Of a DNA stretch of 64,000 bases, positions 49,577-58,854 are shown in pieces. The notes below the pieces were generated by a model, which did not search any database, was not told where the DNA came from, and worked only from the letters and a program-made list of their open reading frames with translations. The DNA lies in assembly GCA_964001175.1 (NCBI GenBank), contig CAXFAS010000005.1, positions 1,570 to 65,569 on the forward strand, in the 5' to 3' direction. Source of the stretch: an uncultured euryarchaeote (GTDB lineage Archaea; Thermoplasmatota; Poseidoniia; Poseidoniales; Poseidoniaceae). Position numbers and translations under genes: made by a program. The number at the start of each line of letters is the position of its first letter. Within the stretch, counting starts at the first letter, position 1.

Positions 49577-50334
49577 CCGAAAGAAGGATCTGAAAAAGAT
49601 CCTTCTTCTTCTTCGTCTGGAGCGGGTAACATTGTCATTGACTTTTCAAAAACTTCTCTGACACTGTTTTCTATTTCTCTAGCATTTTCTAATAATTCCG
49701 ATAGAGGAATTTCTAATCCTGTCAGATCACAGACCGCCTCAATCGCCAAAGCAGCGGCTCTAGCATCTGGATACATTGGACTCGCTTCTGCTAAAAGTGC
49801 TGTGACATCAATGCCTAGTCTATCGCCTTCCCCGAGTAAGAAACCAGTTATTCCAGCAACAATACCTTGCTGGATTGGTTCGATTCCTGCTTGCTTTAGC
49901 CTTGACCTAGCAGTTGATGATGAACCTACGCCATATAATTCACCATGAGTTAATTGCTTATCATTTGAAATTATGCCATCGATAATAATTAAATTATCAA
50001 AACCACCTTTTGTAAACCATTCTAAAACAGTCGATGCAAACATAATATCTTGCTTATCCTTGAATCTTATTTCTGATGTAAATACTCCGATTTTATCACC
50101 CTGGTAAACCCTAACGGGATGTTTTGGGATTTCGTCATGAATCAAAGCCACTGCAGGGAATTCTGCATTTAGAACTGTCCCGAGTTGTTTTAGTTTCAAT
50201 GACTTAATGATATGAGATGCTGCAATTACTCCTACCATCCCGGCAGTAGTAAATCCAGCGATAGCAACCCCTCCAGTTCTTGGATCGGCCCCCTCATGAA
50301 GTACCAAAGCATAACCTCGGAATTCGTGCTCCAT
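49573..50334 (-). CDS. PAC2-family proteasome assembly chaperone
   Basis: GFTTAGMVG, HPVRVY, GIVAGITG, PDARAA. Confidence 0.88.
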   Translation of the reverse strand: MEHEFRGYALVLHEGADPRTGGVAIAGFTTAGMVGVIAASHIIKSLKLKQLGTVLNAEFPAVALIHDEIPKHPVRVYQGDKIGVFTSEIRFKDKQDIMFASTVLEWFTKGGFDNLIIIDGIISNDKQLTHGELYGVGSSSTARSRLKQAGIEPIQQGIVAGITGFLLGEGDRLGIDVTALLAEASPMYPDARAAALAIEAVCDLTGLEIPLSELLENAREIENSVREVFEKSMTMLPAPDEEEEGSFSDPSFG

Positions 50335-50456
50335 AGTGCCCCCTCAACCTTGCGGGTAGAATTACAATCAAAAGACCTACTATTTGAGATTACTAAAATT
50401 TGTTAAATTGTAAACAATTATCTATACCGGAATATTGGGTATATTTGAGGCACCAC

Positions 50457-50963
50457 ATGAGCAGTAAAACCACAAAAATTTCTATTCATGCTGGAGAATT
50501 TGATTTTGAGGCCGAAGGAGGGCAATTCGAAGTCGAAGAACGCCTAAGTCAGTACAAGCAAGAAGGGTTCTGGGGTGCGATGATTGAAAGAATTCAAGAA
50601 ACCGTTGAATTATCCAAAGAATCGACATCTAGTAATTCAGAGTTAGATTCTATTCCTTCTAGGGGTACTGACTTCCGCTCATTATTGGAAAATTACTCAC
50701 TTGATGGAAAGCCTGAACAGGTTCTTGGAGCAATACATTTCCTTAGAGAAATAGAGAAGTTAGATGATTGCCCCCCTAGAACTATAAATTCCCTTTTCGA
50801 AGATGCAAAAATAGAACCGCCAGGTAATCTTTCATTGTATATCAATAGATTAAAAGAGAGAAATTTTATTAAAATTCCATCTAAGTATGGTGATAAGAAT
50901 CGTTATGCAGAGTTAACTGATGAAGGGCGCCAACATTTAGAAGAAAAATCCGCTTCTCTGTGA
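50457..50963 (+). CDS. Hypothetical protein with likely C-terminal winged helix
   Basis: EFDFEAEG N-terminus; NLSLYINRL..RNFI..ELTDEG ending. Confidence 0.65.
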   Translation: MSSKTTKISIHAGEFDFEAEGGQFEVEERLSQYKQEGFWGAMIERIQETVELSKESTSSNSELDSIPSRGTDFRSLLENYSLDGKPEQVLGAIHFLREIEKLDDCPPRTINSLFEDAKIEPPGNLSLYINRLKERNFIKIPSKYGDKNRYAELTDEGRQHLEEKSASL

Positions 50964-50972
50964 GGTTTCAAC

Positions 50973-51410
50973 ATGGTGATGTCAGGCAGTAGTGATGACC
51001 CTCGAGATAATACAGGAGAAAAGGGTGAAATATTGGATTGGTCTTTTCAAAACCGTTCTAAATCATTGCTGCGTAAAGGTAGGCATTCGGGGTCAAATTT
51101 CAAAAGGGCTGTTCTTGATGGAGCGGATTTAACCGAGGGTGATTTTTCTAACTGCGACTTTAGAAGAGCTTCAATGGTTGAGGCAGATTTGATGAAATCT
51201 GCATTCGATAATGCCGATTTCAGAGGAGCAAACTTGAAGAAAGCAAGATTGAATCTTTCTAACTTCAACAACTGTAAATTCAAAGGAGCAGATTTGCGAG
51301 GTATTAGGGGCAAATATGCCATATGGAGGGGAAGCGATTGGTGGAATGCAACTCTCGATGATGATTTGAAAAAAGCATTGATGAAGAAATGGCCTAAACC
51401 CGAGAATTGA
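50973..51410 (+). CDS. Pentapeptide repeat protein
   Basis: A(D/N)(L/F)xx repeats. Confidence 0.9.
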   Translation: MVMSGSSDDPRDNTGEKGEILDWSFQNRSKSLLRKGRHSGSNFKRAVLDGADLTEGDFSNCDFRRASMVEADLMKSAFDNADFRGANLKKARLNLSNFNNCKFKGADLRGIRGKYAIWRGSDWWNATLDDDLKKALMKKWPKPEN

Positions 51411-51411
51411 A

Positions 51412-52056
51412 TTATTCTTCACTTTCAGAATCTGTTTTAATTCTTACTTTTTTATTGCCGTTTAATGCCATTCTCGCTCTAGCATTGACCAAGGGAAGAG
51501 AGGTTAGTGCTCCACAAATTAACATACAGATGCCACAAGAATATGTCAAAAGTTCATACGTAAGTAATAGTGGGCCGGAAAGAAATTGGTCTGCAGCATC
51601 ATTAATCAACATGCTTCCAATAACACCTGTTACTAAACCAATAGCAGCACCCTCTATTCCAAGATAAGCTCCTTTCTTATTCAAGGAATAAAGGAATGGG
51701 GCGCCGATGACTATCAAAGATCCTGATATTGCCAAACCAGCGGCGCGAATAAGATATCCCTGCCTAGCAGAGTCATGAAACTCTTGATATTCTTCATTGG
51801 TAATTTCGGTATCTATATCACTGTTCGGAGTTTCTAAAATAAGATCTATTTCTTCATCGGATAAATCCTCTAGTTGGCTCAATTGAAAATCGCCAAAAGC
51901 CAATAAAATTAGCACTAAGCCTCCAAAAAACATTAGCACTGCGACCGACTTTGGACCTTTTGTATCAGGCGTCACCGTCATATCGAATGGCTCTGATTCA
52001 GGAGTAGAATTTTCTTTATCCATTCTAATGGAAAAATCAAATTGTTTCTCAGACAT
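51412..52056 (-). CDS. Hypothetical membrane protein (4 TM)
   Basis: Four hydrophobic segments. Confidence 0.65.
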   Translation of the reverse strand: MSEKQFDFSIRMDKENSTPESEPFDMTVTPDTKGPKSVAVLMFFGGLVLILLAFGDFQLSQLEDLSDEEIDLILETPNSDIDTEITNEEYQEFHDSARQGYLIRAAGLAISGSLIVIGAPFLYSLNKKGAYLGIEGAAIGLVTGVIGSMLINDAADQFLSGPLLLTYELLTYSCGICMLICGALTSLPLVNARARMALNGNKKVRIKTDSESEE

Positions 52057-52476
52057 TTATTCACCTTGGTTCAAGTGTTTTTCTAATCCATTCCTTAGCC
52101 AATCAGGAATTATAATTGATTCTAAGTTATCCATATTAACACATACTGTAACCTGTGAAGAAGACCAAACTAAATCTTGATTTTGATTGTAAAACCTGTA
52201 AGCCCATGTACATGACTTTGTACCGATTTTTTCAATCCAAATTTTAGCATGAACAGTATCGCCATATCTCAAGGGTGAAATGAAGTCGGTATCAATATGA
52301 ACAATAGGGAATCCAACCCTTCGTTGATTGATCATTTCAGGATATGATACCTCGCACATTAATTCCCAACATTCTTCGAAAAAACGGTGTGCTAAATCAT
52401 AAATTCTAGGAAAATATGCTATGTTCGCACTATCTAACATGGGGTAATCTACACGACGTTGGAGGTTTACCGCCAT
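52057..52476 (-). CDS. Acyl-CoA thioesterase (4HBT/YbgC family)
   Basis: LDSANIAYFPR, FISPLRYGD, IGTKS; start reset to 52476 because the longer ORF overlaps a tRNA. Confidence 0.85.
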   Translation of the reverse strand: MAVNLQRRVDYPMLDSANIAYFPRIYDLAHRFFEECWELMCEVSYPEMINQRRVGFPIVHIDTDFISPLRYGDTVHAKIWIEKIGTKSCTWAYRFYNQNQDLVWSSSQVTVCVNMDNLESIIIPDWLRNGLEKHLNQGE

Positions 52477-52541
52477 GCAACTCCCAATTAACATACATCC
52501 ATGAAACCTTGCATTTATCTCGAGAGCGAAACCCGTCGCGC

Positions 52542-52547
52542 TTATAT
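52542..52547 (+). promoter_or_regulatory. Putative TATA box of tRNA-Arg(GCG)
   Basis: TTATAT 25-30 nt upstream of the tRNA 5' end. Confidence 0.55.
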
Positions 52548-52571
52548 CCCGTGCATAATTGGGCAGAATAA

Positions 52572-52648
52572 GGCCCCATAGTGTAGCTTGGATATCACAC
52601 TGGTTTGCGGAACCAGTAACCCGTGTTCGAATCGCGGCGGGGCCGCCA
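52572..52648 (+). tRNA. tRNA-Arg(GCG)
   Basis: GGCCCCA/CGGGGCC acceptor stem, CTGGT-TTGCGGA-ACCAG anticodon arm, CCGTG-TTCGAAT-CGCGG T arm, CCA encoded. Confidence 0.93.
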
Positions 52649-52649
52649 A

Positions 52650-53528
52650 TTACCATTCTACATATTCCATATTACTGCAAGCTTGGCGGATAGCAGCCTC
52701 ATCGTAATTATGAAAACCATCAACTATGGGTAAAATAAGTTTACATAATTCAAGTGAAGTGGACCAATCCATACTTTCAGGAATTACATTTCCTGGACTC
52801 CTTAAAATTCTGTGAAGAAGTGAAAAAATCTCATTTGAGTGGCTCAAAACAGATGATGTGTCTCTAGTCAAGACACGCCAGAGCCTTTGTCTAGGTTTCT
52901 TATATTCTAGACTGTATCCAAGTGCTAGGGGATTGCTAAATCCTAATCTCCATTTGTACCCATGTGTTCCTTGAAAAGAAATAGTCATCTCTTCTGGGTC
53001 ATAATTTGCATTATATTTATTGAAAATATATTGTTTTAATTTGCTACCAATTGGGCTATAAGGATTAGCCCCATACAATTCCACTAATGCTTGGCTGAGG
53101 GTATCTCCATCTTTACTGTGAAAGAAATTTTCATCATTTAGTAATCCAAAAATCATTGCTGCAATGCTATCGGCAAAAGGAACATTAGTTCCTGCTATTG
53201 ATTGGATACAAGCATAAGTTGATTTTTCTCTATTTAATTTACCTTTTTCATGAACTGAAATAGTATCAAAGCCTAATCCGTAAACAATAGGATTACTCAG
53301 TCTTTTGAGTAAGTGGCCAATATTGATTCTATAAGTGGCTAAATGACCTGCTACAACAATGCAATCTTCGTCGAGCATAATCTTGTCAGGCTCTGATTCA
53401 ATAATTTCACTAAGAAATTCAAATGCCCTATTATGGGATGCCGTGATTGTAGATAGCTCCCTCATTAAATCAGACTTTCTTTGAGTTTGAACTCCAGCAG
53501 ATAGAGGTATAACGGTTTGCTTTTCCAT
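52650..53528 (-). CDS. Hypothetical protein
   Basis: 292 aa ORF; IVVAGHLATYRI..ACI..VPFAD..LLNDE pattern. Confidence 0.65.
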   Translation of the reverse strand: MEKQTVIPLSAGVQTQRKSDLMRELSTITASHNRAFEFLSEIIESEPDKIMLDEDCIVVAGHLATYRINIGHLLKRLSNPIVYGLGFDTISVHEKGKLNREKSTYACIQSIAGTNVPFADSIAAMIFGLLNDENFFHSKDGDTLSQALVELYGANPYSPIGSKLKQYIFNKYNANYDPEEMTISFQGTHGYKWRLGFSNPLALGYSLEYKKPRQRLWRVLTRDTSSVLSHSNEIFSLLHRILRSPGNVIPESMDWSTSLELCKLILPIVDGFHNYDEAAIRQACSNMEYVEW

Positions 53529-53559
53529 GTCTGGAATCAAAATCGAGACTATATAAAAT

Positions 53560-54225
53560 TCATATCTTCCAAGATTTTATCGGCCATTGATTTTTCACCG
53601 CTAAATCTGACATTTTCTTTCCTGGATTAATGGCAACTGGGTTGCCTGTTATAGACATAAACCAAGTATCTGCCATGGTATTGCCATAACCATAACAGAG
53701 CGATAGATCGTGATTATTTTCTAAAGCATCCTGTTCCACTACTGGAACTTTTCCTTTACGTCGCGGTACACTCCATCCTCTTTCGGAGCCTGAAAGGATT
53801 CCTTTACGAATACTTGGACCACATCCGTAAATAGTATCCATACCTAATTGCCTACCCATCGCTTCGGCCATTGGTGCGATTGTTGCTGTAACTAAAACAA
53901 GTCTATGTCCTTGTTCTCGGTGCCAAGAGATGCATTCTAAGGCTTCTTTTGGAACTTTTTGAATTAAATTATCTGATGCAATTTTTATGGAATATTTTTC
54001 TAAAACTTCCCATGACGATAAACAAAAATGCCCCCTATTCCTAGCAGAATCATATATCGATCGTCCCCTAAGCATATTTCCTAAAAAGCCTAAACTCCAC
54101 ATTGTAGCGCCTAATGGTATCCTCCAAGGCCTTCGAAGACCTAGGTGGCTGGTCAGTGTCTTCTCACTTGAAGCATCCAGTAACGTCCCATCTAGATCAA
54201 AATAGGCTGCAATCTTGCCTGCCAT
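53560..54225 (-). CDS. HAD-IB family hydrolase (SerB-like)
   Basis: FDLDGTL, VTAT, GK, YGNTMAD..GNPVAINP. Confidence 0.88.
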   Translation of the reverse strand: MAGKIAAYFDLDGTLLDASSEKTLTSHLGLRRPWRIPLGATMWSLGFLGNMLRGRSIYDSARNRGHFCLSSWEVLEKYSIKIASDNLIQKVPKEALECISWHREQGHRLVLVTATIAPMAEAMGRQLGMDTIYGCGPSIRKGILSGSERGWSVPRRKGKVPVVEQDALENNHDLSLCYGYGNTMADTWFMSITGNPVAINPGKKMSDLAVKNQWPIKSWKI

Positions 54226-54276
54226 GGTTATTGTAAAATCCAATTATACATGAGTTAAACGCTCAATTTCCTGAAT

Positions 54277-54567
54277 TTATTTAGATTTTGTATGGTTAGG
54301 ATGATTCCCTAATTGGCCATAAACTCTTCTTCCTGCTTTGTGGTCTTGCCACCAAGTTAGAGATTTGGAAAGATTCCTTGATATGAAAAAGCCAATCTTT
54401 CTTGGAGTAAGTCCGTGATTACGCATTGATTTATCATGGACTAGATTTGCTACAATTGATTGTGCTGAACAACCTGGATTAGCAAAAACAAATCTCTCAA
54501 CCTCAGTCTTTAATCTTTCAAATCTTGCTCTTTTTTGTGAACCCTTGCCGACTCTTCTTGGAACCAT
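54277..54567 (-). CDS. Small basic hypothetical protein, possibly winged helix
   Basis: Arg/Lys-rich 96 aa; ANPGCSAQSI..LTPRKIGFFI. Confidence 0.6.
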   Translation of the reverse strand: MVPRRVGKGSQKRARFERLKTEVERFVFANPGCSAQSIVANLVHDKSMRNHGLTPRKIGFFISRNLSKSLTWWQDHKAGRRVYGQLGNHPNHTKSK

Positions 54568-54641
54568 AACAAGAAAATCAAATCTAACCCATATCAAAGA
54601 TATGGTGGAAATCCCATAACTATGGTAAAATGACCAATTAA

Positions 54642-54995
54642 TCAGTTGAATCTAACAGATTGGGTGGTTTTCCAATTTGCTGTAGCAAGTTTCTTGGCTT
54701 TACCGTCAGCAATAATTGGGTGAATTTTTTTCAGTTTTCCGTGCATTCCATGGACTTGAAATTTAACTCTCAACTCTGCGACCCTATCTCTTTGAATGGT
54801 TTCCATCTGTTCATCATTTAGTTCGATACTGGCCATTTCTGAACCATCATTAATATCTGAAATAATAAAATTTTGACCTTGTACGGATAGACTAGGTCTA
54901 AATTCCCAATCATCCGGATGTTTCATCCAAACTGAAATATCAAAAGAAACCGTACCTCTGATGTTGACTCTGCTGATTTCAACGCTATCTACCAT
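54642..54995 (-). CDS. Hypothetical protein
   Basis: Strong GGAGGTG site before ATG 54995. Confidence 0.65.
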   Translation of the reverse strand: MVDSVEISRVNIRGTVSFDISVWMKHPDDWEFRPSLSVQGQNFIISDINDGSEMASIELNDEQMETIQRDRVAELRVKFQVHGMHGKLKKIHPIIADGKAKKLATANWKTTQSVRFN

Positions 54996-55049
54996 GGCCT
55001 TCACACCTCCCAAATAGTCCGGCTAAATTACTTCTTGCATTGGCTTTAA

Positions 55050-56219
55050 TCAACCGAATGTTATCTCAGTAAGTTCGGGTCTCATTATAGTAACTATTAC
55101 TTCAAGGTCCCAATTATTCCCTGGATCTGGGTCTGGCAATGTCTCGATAAGAGAGTCTGGATCCGCTTGTTGTGCAAAAACGGTCCATGTCCAAACACCC
55201 TGGGCTGTTCTTGAGCCGGCTTGACCTAGCAGTAAATTGACAAGTTCTTCTTCGGAATCAGCAGTATAAATTCCATTTTCGCCTGTAGGATTTATTGAGT
55301 CTCTCTCCATGATCGCCTTCGCTGTTTCATTTGCAGTAATATTACCACCTTCAGTTTGAACGGTTCTTTTGTAGTTATCATTCTCGATTAATATTGAAAG
55401 AGTAAAGTTGTCTTGTGGGCCTAATTCCTGTTCAAGTTGAAGTGTTGCAATGAATTCTATAATACGGCCTTCTTCACCCGGAGAGACGCTGTCTTCCCAT
55501 TGTTCTCCCTGTTCGAGGTAATCGTTCCAAGTAAATTTCAGTTCTTCTGTGACCCATTCCACTTCAAAACTTCTGGTTATAATTTCAATGGTAAATGCCT
55601 CAGTGGCGACTGCACCATCTCCATCAGAAATGACAAGACTTCCCTTTATCTTACCTGAATTATTGGTTGGCAATAACACAGTTGGAGTTGTTGCATCGAT
55701 ATCGTTTCTTTGATCGCCGTCAGAATCGCTATCTTTAGACCAATCTAAATCCCAAGAATAGTACAGTTCTTTTCCTTCAGGATCATAGCTATTTGATGCA
55801 TCTAAAAAGGCCGTATCTCCAGATTTCACTTGTTCGGGAACGGTAAGGTTCAACACTGGCGCCCCGTTTACAGAGATGGATGTTGAAATCTCGTCTTGGC
55901 CTCCAACGCTGTTTCTGACGATTAAGGTTACAGTGTAAACTCCAAATGTATCATATGTATATGATGTGAAACCAACAACAGTATCTGCTTTTTGCCCATC
56001 ACCAAAATCCCATTCAAAATCTGTAATCACGCCATCAACAGCTTCTGAATCTCTAGCGTCTAGTGTAACAGTCTCGCCCTCTTGTATTGAAAGAGGATAT
56101 GCTTGAAGCGATGCCCTCGGGTCAACTGTTGAATCAAGACCGATACAACCTGACAGAAATATTGATAGAAACATTACACTGGCTAAAGAAAAAGACTTAG
56201 CCTTAGTTGTATTAACCAT
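55050..56219 (-). CDS. PKD-domain lipoprotein
   Basis: LSGC lipobox; WDFGDG, GVYTVTL, LDASNSYDPEG..YSWD. Confidence 0.85.
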   Translation of the reverse strand: MVNTTKAKSFSLASVMFLSIFLSGCIGLDSTVDPRASLQAYPLSIQEGETVTLDARDSEAVDGVITDFEWDFGDGQKADTVVGFTSYTYDTFGVYTVTLIVRNSVGGQDEISTSISVNGAPVLNLTVPEQVKSGDTAFLDASNSYDPEGKELYYSWDLDWSKDSDSDGDQRNDIDATTPTVLLPTNNSGKIKGSLVISDGDGAVATEAFTIEIITRSFEVEWVTEELKFTWNDYLEQGEQWEDSVSPGEEGRIIEFIATLQLEQELGPQDNFTLSILIENDNYKRTVQTEGGNITANETAKAIMERDSINPTGENGIYTADSEEELVNLLLGQAGSRTAQGVWTWTVFAQQADPDSLIETLPDPDPGNNWDLEVIVTIMRPELTEITFG

Positions 56220-56309
56220 ATTCCTCACAATTTAGGTGAAATACTTCACCCTTCTAATAGTATGTATATTTAGAGTAAAAAATGTTCGATTATTTTACTG
56301 ATTTTTTCC

Positions 56310-56681
56310 TTACGAATCAAACGTTACCTCTTTCGATATATCGCCAATAATTTTCACTCCGTCGAGAGGTTCCTCTAAATCGTCAAAGGACTCGTGAACA
56401 ACTACATTTTTTGTCGAGTTGTTCTCTAAATTTTCATTTTCAAGTTCTAATAAATCGGCTTCTCCGGCATCATATTCGGAAATCACCAATTCAGAAGATG
56501 TTGTCTCTATTTCGTTGTCCTCTGTTAAGAGAATATCCATTACTTCCTCGGTTATATTATGATTGTTTTCGTTGAATTTTCGAGTATCTTCTTCGCTTTC
56601 TAAGGATTCATCTTCATCTTTGGATATTTCGATATCTTCAGATTTGGAAAAACGTTTCTTGAATTTATCAAATAACCCCAT
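56310..56681 (-). CDS. Acidic hypothetical protein with amphipathic N-terminus
   Basis: MGLFDKFKKRF followed by a Glu/Asp-rich region. Confidence 0.55.
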   Translation of the reverse strand: MGLFDKFKKRFSKSEDIEISKDEDESLESEEDTRKFNENNHNITEEVMDILLTEDNEIETTSSELVISEYDAGEADLLELENENLENNSTKNVVVHESFDDLEEPLDGVKIIGDISKEVTFDS

Positions 56682-56766
56682 AATTTTGGCTAAGAAAAAT
56701 TTCCATTTCAATATTGGTATAAATTTGAATAGAGATGTTCAAATGGTGTCAACTATTGCTCTAATC

Positions 56767-57582
56767 ATGGCTCAGGACTTTCTTGATGGTGAACGCGTCT
56801 TGGCCTTCGATTTAGAAACCACTGGAATTTCTACCAATAATGATAGAATTGTACAAATCGCATTGATTGGTTCTTCTATTGACGGAACAGAAATTTCATA
56901 TGAAACTCTTGTGAATCCTCGTAGAGCAATACCTCTTCAAGCCAGTGCTGTACATGGAATATACGATGATGATGTGAGATCATTAGAAGACTTTTCAAAA
57001 TTTGCAGATGAGATTTTTCAATTAATCGAAGGTTCTGTGATAGTCGGCCATAATGTTAGGCAATTCGATTTACCTTTACTCGGTAATGAATTTAGAAGGC
57101 TAGGGAAATTACCTCCAACTCCCAAAGCCATAATGGATACTCTAGAAGTCGTACGTAGGATTAAACTTCCAAGACCACATAATCTTGGCTCATTGTGTGC
57201 GAAACATGGAATTTCTCTGGAAAATGCGCATACTGCTGCTGCTGATGCCGCTGCATCGTTACTACTGTTTTGGAGGCTTTCAGTTGACCATGCTCCTTAC
57301 TTTAGAAAATCATTAGCCGAATTAGAAAGATGGTTGGTGCATGGTGAATCGAGAAATGAAGATTCTAACCTTGGGCGTGGACTTGGAGATTTAGAAATGT
57401 TAGACTCTCTAGGAAAAATTAGAATCGATGATGGTCACTATATTCTAGCATTCGGAAGGCACAAAGGAAGACATATCTCAGAAGTTCAAAATATTGATCC
57501 GAAATACATCTTATGGTTATTATCTCCAAAAGGAATAGAAGATGAAGAAGCAAAGGAAGAGATTAGAAAATATCTTAGATAA
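56767..57582 (+). CDS. DEDDh 3'-5' exonuclease (DnaQ-like) with C-terminal FGRHKG domain
   Basis: DLETTG, GHNVRQFD, AHTAAAD, LAFGRHKG..DPKYILW. Confidence 0.88.
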   Translation: MAQDFLDGERVLAFDLETTGISTNNDRIVQIALIGSSIDGTEISYETLVNPRRAIPLQASAVHGIYDDDVRSLEDFSKFADEIFQLIEGSVIVGHNVRQFDLPLLGNEFRRLGKLPPTPKAIMDTLEVVRRIKLPRPHNLGSLCAKHGISLENAHTAAADAAASLLLFWRLSVDHAPYFRKSLAELERWLVHGESRNEDSNLGRGLGDLEMLDSLGKIRIDDGHYILAFGRHKGRHISEVQNIDPKYILWLLSPKGIEDEEAKEEIRKYLR

Positions 57583-57587
57583 ATCTT

Positions 57588-58766
57588 CTATTCTTTGTGA
57601 TATTCAATGCCATCATGAATGGGGTTCCATGGAAGAACATCGCACCAGTGTCCAATCCTCCAAGTATTCTGAGTAGTCATTATTGAGCCTAAGAAAAGAG
57701 GTCCTTGATGAGCGCTATCAAGTACTTCTTGCAATGCTTCTTTACCACGTCCATCAAATCTAGCAGACTTCTTTATTCCTGTGGGTATGGCTCTAATTCC
57801 ATTGTCTAAGGGCTCACATAATTCAATAACCGCTGAACCGGAATTAGAATCAAAATCATGTAAAAGTACTACTGCATCAGAAAAATCATCTCTATGTAGA
57901 GAGCCATTTTCAAAACGCCAATTCCACCAATGTGGGCACCATGCTTTCCAGTCACAAAACCCTCCACATGAATCAGGACCTGGCGTTGGTTCCATAGGCA
58001 TGGTTGTTGGTTGTGTTTTCTCCCATGCCGAGTATGCTTGCTCGAGAACATTATCACCAATTGCAGGCCATTTTGAAGAATTTAGAGTATACCAGCCTTC
58101 AGTTCTAACTGGAGGAGGATTCTCATTATTATCCAAAAGAATATCTCGATATAACCGTAATTGCCGGTTTACTTCTGATTTCAATTCTTTATTTGGAGTC
58201 CTACCCGTTTTCAAATCAGCAACAAGCCAACCTACCATATTACCGTTAGAGTCTACATCTGCTAAAAGTAAGTCTAATCGACCCATTAAACGCCCATTAC
58301 TGGTTTTAAGTTCACCTTCAACCGCAATAGCATGTTTCTGAACTTTACGCCATAAAGCTCCTGTAATTCTATTATGATCAAGACCTTGGATTCCAATATG
58401 GTCAAGAAGCATTATTATCCCACCTTTTTGGTGTCTTTTTGCTTCTTTCCATTTCTCTTCCTTCCACATTGGCCTCCTTGGTGTATTCATGAATACTTCT
58501 TTTTCTTCATCCCATCTAACCTTTAACAATCGTTCACCTTCACCGGGTAACCAATTATCTTGATCGTTACCGATATGTGAATAGTCTGTTAAGAGTAAGT
58601 CTTCAATCGATGCATGAACAGCAGTTCCCAAAGATGCTGCCATTCCTGCTTTTCTAGGTAGTTTTTGCCTACTCAACCAATACATTCTAGGACATGTTTC
58701 ATAGCGATTCCACGCCGATGGCGAAAGCATATGTGGCCTTGTTTGAGAGACGTTATCTCCAGCCAT
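57588..58766 (-). CDS. PD-(D/E)XK nuclease, Cas4/AddB-like with Fe-S cysteines
   Basis: SPS..CPR, GRLD..DLKTG, QLRLY, CGGFCDWKAWC. Confidence 0.85.
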   Translation of the reverse strand: MAGDNVSQTRPHMLSPSAWNRYETCPRMYWLSRQKLPRKAGMAASLGTAVHASIEDLLLTDYSHIGNDQDNWLPGEGERLLKVRWDEEKEVFMNTPRRPMWKEEKWKEAKRHQKGGIIMLLDHIGIQGLDHNRITGALWRKVQKHAIAVEGELKTSNGRLMGRLDLLLADVDSNGNMVGWLVADLKTGRTPNKELKSEVNRQLRLYRDILLDNNENPPPVRTEGWYTLNSSKWPAIGDNVLEQAYSAWEKTQPTTMPMEPTPGPDSCGGFCDWKAWCPHWWNWRFENGSLHRDDFSDAVVLLHDFDSNSGSAVIELCEPLDNGIRAIPTGIKKSARFDGRGKEALQEVLDSAHQGPLFLGSIMTTQNTWRIGHWCDVLPWNPIHDGIEYHKE

Positions 58767-58854
58767 GATTACCCGTTTTAGTTAAACATCATCAACCCAC
58801 CGATATGAGCAAAATGACGAAAGTGTTGATACACGATGAGGAAGTAGAGGGCTC

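Noticed and set aside
52477-52656. N-terminal extension of the thioesterase ORF
   Set aside because: It runs antisense through tRNA-Arg(GCG) and its promoter; homology begins at Met 52476
57588-58766. CRISPR-Cas locus suggested by the Cas4-like gene
   Set aside because: No cas1, cas2, effector genes or array in the window
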